A stretch of DNA of 64,000 bases from assembly GCA_964019335.1 (NCBI GenBank), contig OZ025666.1:558001-622000 (forward strand), given 5' to 3'. This document shows, piece after piece, positions 22,249-33,700 of the stretch (positions are counted from its first letter, which is position 1; each line of letters starts with the position of its first letter). The notes under the pieces are model-generated. The model did not search any database. It worked only from the letters and a program-made list of their open reading frames with translations, and was not told the DNA's origin. The stretch is from Diplonema japonicum (lineage: Eukaryota; Protista; Euglenozoa: Diplonemea). Position numbers and translations under genes: made by a program.

Positions 22249-24372
22249 ATGTTCAGGAATAGCAGCTTGCTCTCAGGTAGCGAGTTTGTCTCGTCCCCCT
22301 CACCCGCCATGCCCGTGCGGGGGTATGTGTCTGCAGTGGTAGATGAGGTGTCCGAAAGCCGGCGGATGGGTTCGGTGAGCTTCGATTCACCTTCTCAACA
22401 TCATTCGAACAGGAGGACACCCGGCTCAGTGCGACGGGAACGATACGAAGAGCCTGCTGGCCTGCGCGTCGGTACTGACGGGAGGCTCCACATCGGTGGA
22501 GTGTCGCAAAGCAGCACTCCTCTAGAAGCTCGCGAGATGAGCTCGACTGCGAACCCTATCAGCTCGGAGGACATCCTGATGCACCCTTCTGACAGGTTCC
22601 AGGGCAATAGCAACGTGCTATCCCTCGCCAGGTACTCCGTGTGCGAGCCGAATAAAATCGAAGAAAAGGACGATTTTCTATCGAAGGAACAAACACCCCT
22701 TGACAGAGCAGCCGCTTCTGCTAAGTGGGCCGAAGCCCATCTCGCTCCCCGCAGGCTTCCTGACGAGTGCCTGGCGTCACCAGTTCAAACGGAGCAGCGT
22801 TCCACCCGCAAGAGGCACATGACAGCCAACGCAGTCCGCGTCCATGTATGCACCTCATCTGGTGTTGTGCACCATGTAGAGCTCCGAGACGGTCTTGAGA
22901 GTAGAGTCGGTGAGGTGCTGCAGGAGGTGGCCTTGAGGGAGCCCGACGCCGCAGCAGCGTCAAAGTTAGAATTCAAAGGTGATATTCTGGAAGCTTCTCA
23001 AACGCTTGCTTCATATGGCATCGAACACGGTGACAGGTTGATGCTGCAGCGTGACGGGGAGGTGGCCGTCGCAGAAGCCCTCAGGGTGAAGAAACCTGTC
23101 ATCGACAGCACTGCTGATGAAGTGCTGTGTGCTTTCATCAACGTTCCGCTGATGCGCCGTTATCCAGGCAACAGCAATATTTTGCAAGTAGGCACGGGAG
23201 CTGCCGTGGCAGCAGCTGTCGCCCCCAGGCAGAATTGGAGCAACACGGTCTCGCATTCAGGTTGGCGACAGCCTGGCAGAGACCTCCCCAAGATGAGCAT
23301 GCTGCCGCCGCCGAAAACACCACCCATAGAAGAACTTATTGCTTATCTGCAGCAAATACCACCGCCTCGTACCCCGTCGCTACACTCTGAGGTCCCGTCT
23401 ATCCCCTCGACACCAGGTGCTCAGAATGTCGGCCATGAAATCACAGATGAGGTGTTCCAGCTAGAAACACCTGTGAATCAATATATTGATGAAGCAACGA
23501 AGAGAGTGATCATGGTGGACAAAACAGGACAGAGAGCAGCGGTGTTCCCCGAGGGCGTGGTGCCGCTGTCAGAGCACCCTATGCGGGACTGGGTGATCGA
23601 TTTGTATATGAAACACGCGCCAGAGAAGATCACGAACGTAGACAGACTACTGTGGGACGGCGAGGGGAAGGAAGGGGAACTACGAGAGCTGCTGGTGGAT
23701 GCCTACGGAAGACCTGACAAGCCTTATGAAGAGTACGTTTCAGAGAGGCGGGCTAGAAGAAACTTCAATCCGAAAGAAGCAGTGCAGAGGTTCCACGACG
23801 AGCAGACAGCGAACGAGGTGTGCATGGATGAGGAGAACAACTTCTACGTTAACTATGACGAGAAGAAGGTACCCATCTCTGAGCACGCCACGAGGCAATG
23901 GGTCATTGACTTCTTGAAGCATCAAGACAACGGGAAGCTACCTGAAGTGGACCTCATGATGTGGGAGTACCAGTGGGAAGAGGAAAAGCTAAGGAAGAAG
24001 CTGCAAGATGACTACGGGGAGGCTCCCATACAGCCTTACAACGACTACATGAAAAAGCACAACCAGAGAGTTTCGGAAAGGAGACAAAGGAGCGCATCAC
24101 CGGCTCCTGACCAGAGCGTGCTACGCAGGAGGTCCACATGGTTAGAGGTCGATGATGGCCGAGGCAGTATCTACTATTTTAACCAACTGGACGGGATCAG
24201 CAAATGGGCTCCTAATGGGACACCTTTCGAGAATGACCCAGCTCCCTCTCCTTCCCCCGCTGCACAGCCATTTGCTTCACCCTCCCCGGCAGCGCGCATC
24301 CCTTCTTCCTCCGCCCTGTCCTCCAGCACCGTACACACCGACTACTCGTATTACACAACCCTCACACAGTGA
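22249..24372 (+). CDS. Ubiquitin-like domain, two helical repeats and WW-domain protein
   Basis: LEFKGDILEASQTLASYGIEHGDRLML (Ubl), duplicated WVID...VD.L.W...E..LR..L...YG repeat, and WLEVDDGRGSIYYFNQLDGISKW (WW). Confidence 0.8.
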   Translation: MFRNSSLLSGSEFVSSPSPAMPVRGYVSAVVDEVSESRRMGSVSFDSPSQHHSNRRTPGSVRRERYEEPAGLRVGTDGRLHIGGVSQSSTPLEAREMSSTANPISSEDILMHPSDRFQGNSNVLSLARYSVCEPNKIEEKDDFLSKEQTPLDRAAASAKWAEAHLAPRRLPDECLASPVQTEQRSTRKRHMTANAVRVHVCTSSGVVHHVELRDGLESRVGEVLQEVALREPDAAAASKLEFKGDILEASQTLASYGIEHGDRLMLQRDGEVAVAEALRVKKPVIDSTADEVLCAFINVPLMRRYPGNSNILQVGTGAAVAAAVAPRQNWSNTVSHSGWRQPGRDLPKMSMLPPPKTPPIEELIAYLQQIPPPRTPSLHSEVPSIPSTPGAQNVGHEITDEVFQLETPVNQYIDEATKRVIMVDKTGQRAAVFPEGVVPLSEHPMRDWVIDLYMKHAPEKITNVDRLLWDGEGKEGELRELLVDAYGRPDKPYEEYVSERRARRNFNPKEAVQRFHDEQTANEVCMDEENNFYVNYDEKKVPISEHATRQWVIDFLKHQDNGKLPEVDLMMWEYQWEEEKLRKKLQDDYGEAPIQPYNDYMKKHNQRVSERRQRSASPAPDQSVLRRRSTWLEVDDGRGSIYYFNQLDGISKWAPNGTPFENDPAPSPSPAAQPFASPSPAARIPSSSALSSSTVHTDYSYYTTLTQ

Positions 24373-24511
24373 GCTGTGTCCTTTTACTATATTTTTGTTG
24401 ATATTATCTGTTTCTCATGTACCCCCCTGCCCTATTATTATTATTCCCGTGGGTTTGTCTCGAAATACGAGTGTGTTTTACTTCTGATATCCAGGAAAAG
24501 GGCAAAAGCCG

Positions 24512-25513
24512 ATGAAGAGAAGACGAGACGACGCAGGCCAGATGGTAGAAGACCTCTGCGAGAACGCTGCAATCGAAGAATCAAAATGGAAGGAAAGACT
24601 TAAACTGGTGGAAAGATGGGCGAGTGTCGGAGACAAAGAACTCGAAGGAGAGGCAGCAAAGGTAGCTGCAGAAAGGTACGGAGACAATGGGGTTTGTTTT
24701 TATCCCGAGGTGGAGGCGGTGGCTGGTTTGGTGAAGTACTCGACGAGGACTGTGGATGAGGAGGAATTCTTGGAGAGCGTGGAGCAGTGCAACAAGGCGG
24801 TCAACAAAGCGAAGGAACCATTGAAAGAGGCTTTGGACGAAGCAAAGACCGCGAAGAACACTGAGGTACTCCGCAAGATAGGCAGCGAGTTCAACATCCT
24901 ATCCAAATCCCAAAAAAGGATCCAGGCCCTGGACAAACTTGTCGGAACACGCATACACAATGCCAACAAGCGTTTGGCACAGTACCGTTCAGCTACACGT
25001 GTGAGGGACATCTCCGGAAAAAAGCTGGAGAACACTCCTCCAACATCACTTGGACACCTCAAAATCCTGGATTTCTACAGGCTCACCGATGCTGGTAGAT
25101 ACAGCTTCGGTCGGCAGCTCTCGGGTCCGCAGCATTACACTGATATCCGCCGGAACGTGGCTATACTCTCTGTTGTCAATGATAAAGGGGAGCAGGTTTA
25201 CAACGGGTACGCCATCAGTGGAGATGGCACGCCAGGGTGCCAAGGATGCACCCCTCCACAGAAGCACTTCACATCAATCTGCTGTGAAGACGGTCTCGGG
25301 GAAGCTTACGACAGGCAGCACGATGCGGAGTTCAAGCTCATTTCGTACTTCGTCGAGACACTTGTGTCCGCCTCTGTTGAACTGTCTGTGTACACCTCCA
25401 CCATAACGCTCTGGTCAAAGAAACCTTTGTGCAAAAGCTGTACCGCGGTTTTCAAGGAACAGCTGAGCGATGTCTTGCCGAAGGTAACCCTGACCATTCT
25501 TGTTGATGAATGA
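24512..25513 (+). CDS. Helical N-terminus plus zinc-dependent nucleic-acid deaminase domain (toxin-deaminase/BURPS668_1122-like)
   Basis: RNVA...YAISG, R-x-HDAEFK, ITLWSKKPLCKSC and terminal PKVTLTI strand, in the order typical of toxin deaminases. Intronless. Confidence 0.75.
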   Translation: MKRRRDDAGQMVEDLCENAAIEESKWKERLKLVERWASVGDKELEGEAAKVAAERYGDNGVCFYPEVEAVAGLVKYSTRTVDEEEFLESVEQCNKAVNKAKEPLKEALDEAKTAKNTEVLRKIGSEFNILSKSQKRIQALDKLVGTRIHNANKRLAQYRSATRVRDISGKKLENTPPTSLGHLKILDFYRLTDAGRYSFGRQLSGPQHYTDIRRNVAILSVVNDKGEQVYNGYAISGDGTPGCQGCTPPQKHFTSICCEDGLGEAYDRQHDAEFKLISYFVETLVSASVELSVYTSTITLWSKKPLCKSCTAVFKEQLSDVLPKVTLTILVDE

Positions 25514-25710
25514 AAAGAAAGAAAGAAAAAAAGAAAAAAATCGTGGTGGGGGCAATATACTAACACCTTTCCCATCATATGTATTTTGTTCCCCCCCCTT
25601 TTTTCTTGTGCAGGGCGCCGCCAACACCGGCCTCCTTTAACTCATATATATTTTTTGCGGTTCTTTTTTTGAGTAATACACCGAAACAGGGGAAGGAAAG
25701 GGGGGACAAA

Positions 25711-26495
25711 ATGGAGATCACTCCAGTGTCTCCGCCTCCGGCATCGGTGCCTCCGCCATCAACCCCACCGCCTGGTGTTTACGAACCGGATCAAATATTG
25801 CAGATTAGACAGCAGATGTTCCCCGTGATTCTAACGACTTACGGGATTCCAGCTGACTCCGAGCGGGCGAGAAGTCTGGCTTTACTGCTGGGTGTGAATG
25901 AACACGAGCCGTACTACCACCCTGTCAACGTTCCGAGGATAGGGTACCACCAGCAGTGGGGCGGAGCGCCTGCTGCACACGCTCTTCTACACAACTACAC
26001 ACCCTTCTCTAATGTACCTGACGACGTTCTAACACTCATCCTGAGCTATGAGAACATACCAAGGGCGCTCATGTACAGGTGGTACAACATTTCCAAGCAG
26101 TGGCGGCGGTGCCTCACCACACCTCTGTTGGGTTATTACGACTTCCTTAGAATGTGCATGCAGAGCTTGAACAGACGGTCAGGGGGTGTTCTCGACCCCA
26201 TAGAGCTAGCCTACCCTTCCACCCCCCGCCCTTACACTCCAAGCATAGCCGTGATGCGGTGTATGAGCTGTCAGAAGTCCAGTATCATGGAACAGCACGA
26301 CGGTGGTACCATGTGGGGCCACTGCATGTACTGCGGGACGGATGGGCAGTTTGATTTATGCAAGGTATGTGATTGGGAAAAGAAAGGGGGGGGAAACAAA
26401 TTTTTTTTATAAAGGGTGAAGCTGGCGAGCTTCTTAACAGATTTCCTCAATACATCCGAACAAAGACTCAACCCGAGACAGATGAACCCCGGTAA
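25711..26495 (+). CDS. F-box protein with Pro-rich N-terminus and C-terminal CxxC/CxxC finger
   Basis: FSNVPDDVLTLILSY...ISKQWRR, CMSC and CMYC. Intron 26365-26414. Confidence 0.75.
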
Positions 26496-26906
26496 CACAT
26501 CACCGTTTTGTTTTGTGTTCAGGACTTGGTTTTTTTTTTCTCTCTCTTTTTTTTTGGGGGGTAGTGGGGATAACACGGAGATATAAAGAAGTACATCAGA
26601 TGTGTTGTTCGCTGCTGACCCTAGTGGAAGAACATAGTGCCCGCAGCCGAGGTACGCCCCCTGTAATCAAGTAGACAGTGCTTGTGCGGGTGCCACCAAC
26701 CGTGGCTTCCTTAATCTCGTTTATAAAGTAAAGTGGCGCAGTATTTTTTTTTAAGTCGATGGATTGATTTTTTTAAAAAAGTTTTTCTTTTTTGGGTTCC
26801 ATTCTTATTGATTGTACAATATTTTCCTTACCCCCCCCCCCCTTTAAACTTTTTTGTCCGGGGTTTTTTTTTTTTGCAGCTTTACTCAACAAAAGGTGGT
26901 GCGGGA

Positions 26907-29900
26907 ATGAGCATTTCATTTGGAAATGAACGGAAGAAAGAAACCGCGGTCGAAGTCTCGAGGAGAGAACGGCAAGAAAGGACGAAGAAGAGATTAGAGG
27001 AAGGATCGAAAGAGAAGATCGTAAGATGTTATAGGAGGCACGTAACGCTAAGGGGGCAGATGGCAAAGCTAAGGGAATTGTATGATGCCACGATGGACGA
27101 GATCCTCGGGGGTCCCGAAGGGCTGAAGATACTGCGGTTGAGTCCCAATAAGCTACCCCTTCCCGCCAACAGGAAGTTGTACTGTTTAGTATACCAGCTT
27201 CTCTTCTTCTACAACAGAAAGACACCTGACACCCCAGACGTTCCACGCCTCATTGATTTGTCCCGTCTCATCTCTGCCTCCATCACACGCCCGACTGCAG
27301 GGCAGAACTATGCATTTTTAACATGCGACACACCTCGTCTGCAGGATTGGACCATGACCACCAAGCGTCTCATTGTTACCGCCACTTCGGTCCTGCAGTC
27401 TGTTGTCTCCAGAGACACCCTCAGCAGGGTGGATTTCGGTGTGCTCTCAAAGCTCCTCATGGATCTTGTCGATTCAAAGCACTGGGCGTACATCCGTGTC
27501 CAGGGGAAGAAGCCCTCCGAGTACACAGCAGAGGAACAGCTCATCATTAAGCAGCTGAATTCCCAAGCCGCCTCTCTCTGCACTTCGCTTCTCTCATTTC
27601 TCGCCACTGAGACTTGTATGTTCTCGGTCACCACGCTGCTCCTCTCCAACCACATAGGAGCGAACGATACGGAAGACGTGCTTGCCGCCGCAGCCGTGAG
27701 GATTGCCATGAGCATCGGGCAGACGTCCCCCGCCAACCAGCTCCTGTTCACAAAGTGTTTTAGTTTTGTGCCTTCCATCGCCAAGCGGGTCCCCAAGGCG
27801 CTCTTCATAACGCTTGTCAGCTCCGACTCCATGTGGGATGCTCTTGTTGAGGTTGTCTTTGCAGAAACACAAAAGAGCGAAGCTTGGCCGCAGCGTCACC
27901 TCACAGGGAATCTTGTGGAGATCGGCCACTCCTTCCTCGCCAGCCAAAGGCTTGCATCACGACGCGATGCGTGGATAGGTGCCGTGCAGCACCTGCTGAA
28001 GCTCATCCCGTCCTGGCTCCATGTGAAGAGGCTGCTCGAGGTGGAACCGCTTCTGGAGAAACAGTTCCGGCTTCTTTGGGCACAAAGCACCGTCGATATG
28101 CTCTTCGCGAAGCTTTTACAAGAGAATACACCGACCGACGTGGCAGAGATGGTGCAGAAGCAGATTACGCAAAAGGAGGAGAAGAAACAGAAGGGGTTCT
28201 TCGCACGCTTGAAGGACAAAGCGATGGGGAAAGAAAAAGAGCCCGAGGTGTTCCAGCACAAGGGGTACTCCAGTTTGAAGCTGGATTCCGCTATCGCAGC
28301 ATGGAAGACACCGCAGTGGATGTCGTGCGCGAAACTATTCAACTTCTTGGTTGTGAAGTGGTCGAGCCGCGTGGTTTTATCTGCCCTTGCATCGCGTGAC
28401 TTCTTACTGGTAGCTCTTTGGAAACACTTGGAAAGACACATGGTGCTGCTGGATGCCTACATCGAGGGCAAAACACAGCTTCCGCCGCAGGTCCACGACG
28501 ACCTGAGCAACACACTGCTGCTCTTCCTGTACTGCTACGACTACTTCCTTCCTGTCTGTGACGATAATGAATTCTACGTCTTGCAAAGACCCTTCTCGAT
28601 AAAGAAGGTCTGCGATATTGTGCAGATCCTGGCGAGGTTCGCCTTCAGATCGACCTGGCAGCAAGCACCAATGGGCCCCGGCGTAGACAAGGGCCACGCG
28701 GCACTGATGAACAGCTTGAAGACGTCATGCAAAAGCGTGCTGTTGATCTTGAACGATAGAAATGTAAGGCGGGAGTTCTGTGAAAAGGACGTGTGGATGG
28801 TAGCGGGGTTCAGACAGAGGTTGGGGTTCCATTTTGACCCAAAGGACCCGAAGACGTGGACGTCGGGTGTCAAGGCTGTCGTGCACGAAATGCCGTTCCT
28901 GATATGCTTCGCAGACAGGGCCGTGTACCTACGGAAGCTGATCGAAAAGGACAGAGAAGAGAACTTAATGAACGAGGTTAAGTACGGCTTGACCATTCGG
29001 CGAGACTATTTACTCGAAGACGGGCTGACGCAGGTGGCGAAACTCGTTTCTGGCAGCGGTAGCAGGACGAGGCTGAAAGCACGATTTCACGTTCAGTTCC
29101 AAAACAGCCAGGGCTTGGAAGAAGCCGGAATAGACGCTGGAGGTGTGTTTAAAGAGTTTATCGAAGCTCTGTCAAAGAAAGGTTTCAACCCAAACTTGGG
29201 ATTGTTCAAAACTACGGAGGACAACAAGATATACCCAAACCCAGAGTCGAAAAGGTTGTACACCATCAAGGAGTACAAAGAACTGTACGAATTCCTTGGT
29301 AGAATTGTGGCGAAGGCCATCTACGAAGGTGTCGTTCTAAACCTCCCGATGGCCGAGTTCTTTCTGAACACCATGTTGGGGCGGTCGAATTTTGTGGAGG
29401 ATCTAAAGGCGCTGGACCCGTCGTTCCACAGGAATCTGCTGGCGTTGAAGGACATCGACGACGTGGAAGACCTGTGCCTGACCTTCTCGTTTGAGGAAGA
29501 CAAGATGGGCAAGACAGTTTCGACAAACCTGATCCCAAATGGGTATCCCTTTAAGAATAAAAAGAAATATACAAATGAACAATACAGCGCGGATGTTGTG
29601 GTTACGAATGACAACCTCATACAGTACATCGCTATGATGGCACATGTGAAGCTGAATCTGCAGTTTAAAGAACAGGCGAGCGCGTTCATATCTGGGTTCC
29701 ATGATGTTTTACCGCCGAAATGGGTGTGGTTTTTTTGAATTTTTCTGAAGAAGGTGAAAGGAAGGAGGGCCTTCCCAGCTGAGCCGTGCACAAGGGTGCA
29801 CACACTACGATCCATCGGGAGGACAAAGGCGGTGATCGGATGGAACAGGAGGGCGATATTTGCATCACCGAAGACCAAGCATGACCTAGAGGCGTTGAAA

Positions 29901-30564
29901 GGACAATGGGCAAGAGAACGAAGAGAAAGAGCGGCCAGGCTGGGGAGAAGGCCGGCAAGACCACCAAAGGAGGAGAAACCGCTGCTGAAAGGGGATAGGT
30001 GCAGGTAGAAGATGAGAACAAGGGGGCGTCTCATAAAGACTTCCTTTAACTCATATATTTTTTTTTTTCTTCTTTTTTTTTATAACATATCTTTCCCAGA
30101 TCAACCTGTTCAACCGGAACGAACTCCAGCAGCTTATAAGCGGTTCTAGTGGGTCTTTTGATGTTGCCGAGCTCCGGCATCACACGAAGTACGCCGGCGG
30201 CTACAGCGACACGCACTCTGTCATCAAGAGTTTTTGGAGGACGCTGGAGGAGTTCTCCGACGAGGAGAAAGCCTCGTTCCTATCGTTCGTCACCTCGTCT
30301 TCCAAGCCCCCTCTTCTTGGGTTTTCACACCTGCACCCTCCCTTTTGTATTCGAACAGCCAACGAAGACCAGCAATCCCTTTTTGGCAGGATCGATAGGC
30401 TGCCATCGGCCTCTACCTGCTTCAATCTCCTAAAGGTATACGAAAAGAACGGTGGGACAAAAAAGAAAAAAAAAACTCAGCTTCCCTCTTACAAATCTCG
30501 CAAAGACTTGAAAGAGAAGCTGCTCTACTCCATTAACTCTGGCGCCGGGTTTGAGCTCAGTTAA
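26907..30564 (+). CDS. HECT E3 ubiquitin ligase, UBE3B/UBE3C-like
   Basis: IQ-like N-terminus, EAGIDAGGVFKEF, RLPSASTCFNLLKLP catalytic Cys and C-terminal GFELS. Introns 29543-29587, 29724-30099, 30436-30480. Confidence 0.93.
29745..30056 (+). mobile_element. Coding-like insert inside HECT intron, possibly a 5'-truncated retroelement end
   Basis: 376-nt intron where all others are 32-67 nt. It holds an 84-codon open frame ending TAG 30008, followed by a ~50-bp motif that recurs at 46866-46914. Confidence 0.4.
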
Positions 30565-30745
30565 GATAAGACGAGGAAAAAGAAAGGAAAAAGAAAGGAT
30601 AATTAGAAAAAGAAGAAGAAGAAAAGAAGAAAAAAGAAAAATGTGTTTTAGGTTTCCACACGCAAGCATATGGTTCGTTCTCCTTTCCCCCTTTCCTCCC
30701 TTCCACTCGCATTTTCTGTTAATACTTTTCCAAAGGGGACGACCG

Positions 30746-33700
30746 ATGGTCGCCGGTGAGACGTTCGTAGAAAGCAAGAGTTTTCGGGTAAGCACGTACT
30801 GCGAACTAGAGGGGAATGGTACGGTGCAAGGAATGTGCGTGCTTGACAATGGGTGCATGCTACTCAGCAAGGTAGGGAAAGGTATATGTGCAATAGGACC
30901 GTGGGGAAAGGGAGGGTGCACTGAACTGTCGGTGCCGCAAGTACGAAGCGCAAGGGGGGTAACACCATTCAGAGGGAACGTGCTTGTGTGCGATGCGGGA
31001 TCTCACTGCGTGTGGATGATGAGCCCGAGCGGCAGGGAATGCCAGGTGTTCATCGGTGCAGAGGGAGTAGCAGGGTGGAAGGACGGAAGGGGCAGTGTAG
31101 CGCTCCTCCGGCAACCTTCCGCCACTGCAGTGTCTCCCGACCAGCGAGCTGTCTGCATTGCTGACACTGGAAACCACATGGTACGAGTGGCTCACATCTC
31201 ATCCGACCTCTCTGTGCAGTCCGTGGTGACCATCGCAGGTATGCAGCAGTATGGCATGCGCGATGGGGTCTACGGTGCCTCGCTTCTCTATAACCCCACC
31301 CATGTTCTATGGGACTCTGAGTTCATTGCCGTCACCGACACTGGGAACCACAGCCTGCGCCTCATCCGAGCTGAAGGTTCCACATGGGTCACATCTACCG
31401 TCGCTGGCTCCCGCCAAGCAGGCCTTCGAGAAGGCAAGCAGCAGCACGCACTCTTCAACCACCCCTGCAACGCCACCATGACTTCTGGTGGCGCTCTCCT
31501 TGTCGCTGACAAGAACAACTCCCGTATCCGTGCCATCGCTAACAATGAGGTCACCACGCTCTGCGGTTCACGCAAAGGGCACAAAGTTGGGTGCTACCTC
31601 CACGCTGCGCTGTTTAACAGCCCCTCGTTCATCATCTGTCTGGGGATAAACGACACGCTTTTCATCGCCGACGCCCGTGGGGTGTACATGGTGAAGAAAG
31701 AAAAGCAACCTGCGAAGATGGCGTCGCCCATCCTTGGCACACATCCCAATGCGCCTCCTTACGCAGTGAAGTCTTTTGTGTACTCGCCACCAAAGACGCG
31801 TCCTATGGAGAACCAGCCTGTGCACACCAAGAAGCCATCCGTCCCCGTGTTGCTGAACAAGAAGGTGGTAGCTGATGTAAGCATACACACACATGAGGAT
31901 GAGCCTTTGCAGATCACACCAGTGAAGAAGGCTTCGATTGAAAGGAACAGGGATACTCCGTCGCCTTCTGTGAGCCCTGTCACAGCAAAGGCCGAGCAGG
32001 ACCTTGCAACCGTGTTCTCCAAGTGGGCGACGTCTTCGTCTGCTGGTAAGACTATGAGCTGCACGCAATGGTTACGTCTTCTGGGGCACTGCAGGCTGCT
32101 CAAGGTGGTAGGCGACACGCGCTCCCACCATGCAGTAACTACAGCACGTGCAGGCATCATCTTTGTGTCAGCCACTGGCTCCGGTGAACGCATGAGCTTC
32201 CCTGTATTCTGCCATGCTCTGGCCAAGCTAGCAGGCTCGCTGACCCCCTCGATGTCGATTGAGAAGCTTATCCTTGGATGCATCGGGCCTTTAGCGGGAC
32301 ACCCGCCAGCTGATGCGCTCGCAACTTTCAACCCTTCCATACTCAAGCCACACGTACTGATGCTACTTGCAGCAAATGAGGCGATGTTGCTGAGTATTTT
32401 TAAGTGGTTTGTTTCAAAGCACCCACCCACGCAAGGAAGCAACGAGGACAGGCACGAGGTTAAAGTACGGGGCAAGCTGCTGTCGATGACGGGCTGGTTG
32501 GCCTTCTTAAGGAAGTTCCGGATCATGCCTGACCTTCAGGGACGCCAGGCAGGTGAGTCCTTTGCTGTGCATGCCGTCAGCGGTACATTGTTTGCAGCAC
32601 TCGTTCGGGGGTCGCAAGCATTGCAGGCAGAGATGGAAGCCATCAAACGGGTGGACATACACAAGAGACCTGACGCACCAGTGTTGTTGTGCTTTCCGGA
32701 ATTCCTTGACGCCATCTGCAGGACTGCATTTGCCTGCTACGGTAAGACGTTGTGGGACCTCTCACGTTACCCGACACCTGTGGACCAGCTCTCAGCGTTG
32801 CTAAACGCTATGGCACAAAGCGAGGGTGCTGATACCTTCGGCAGTCGCCCAATTTTCGAGGTGCCCGTGGGTGTTACATCTTCACCGTCACCGTCACTTC
32901 GAAAGGTTCCTGTGTACGCAGAGAAGTACAGAGGGAGGGACCCTGACTGCCAGGTGCTGATGCCTTCCTTAATGACGACGTTGAGCGAGTCGCCTGATAA
33001 GGCGTCGGCGGTGTCGGAGTCATTAGCTTCAATCGATGGGAGGCAAACGGTATTGAGCGGCTTTAGTGCACTGTCTCAGACAATGCATGCAAGGCCTAAC
33101 GCGCCATGGTCCGTGCAGCAAGATAGTTCACAAGAGTCCGAGCAGCTGGTGGAGGAGATATCACCCATTAGCCCGTCACTCAACGTGTACCACGAGAAGC
33201 CACCCTCGTGGCCCGTGATAGACAAGAGCCCCGCAAGTCACGCAAGGAAGAAGAGGAAGAAGTCTCAGACGAGGGAAAGCACACCTACTCCTTCGATTTC
33301 AGTGTCGCCAGTTCTGGTGGAAAACCTCGTAACCACTGTGCATCCCAAGCAGCCACCCACTATTCGTACCCCAGTAGCACTGCCCGGGTCGCCTGGTGTG
33401 CTGCTCTCACCGGAGCAGGTAACGAGATTCTCGCAATCCTTTGCGTCGGACCATACGGACATCGATGAGAGCTCCATCAGTTACACGGAGGGGCACGCCA
33501 GCCTGCAGGTCGAGGAGGTCTTCAGTGATGGTGGCATGTCGCAAGTGAGAGAGGTGAATCAGTCAGCAGAGTTGATAGTGCTCAGCGATGATGACGCACC
33601 AAGTGCAAAAGACGACCTGTTCTCGCCTGACAGCAAGAAGTGCCCCACAATACCCTACACGGGGCAGATCTTCACAGAGACCCTCGAGGAAACCATTGGT

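Noticed and set aside
29543-29587. U12-type intron (donor GTATCCCTTT)
   Set aside because: One base off the GTATCCTTT consensus and no CCTTAAC branch site within the 45 nt.
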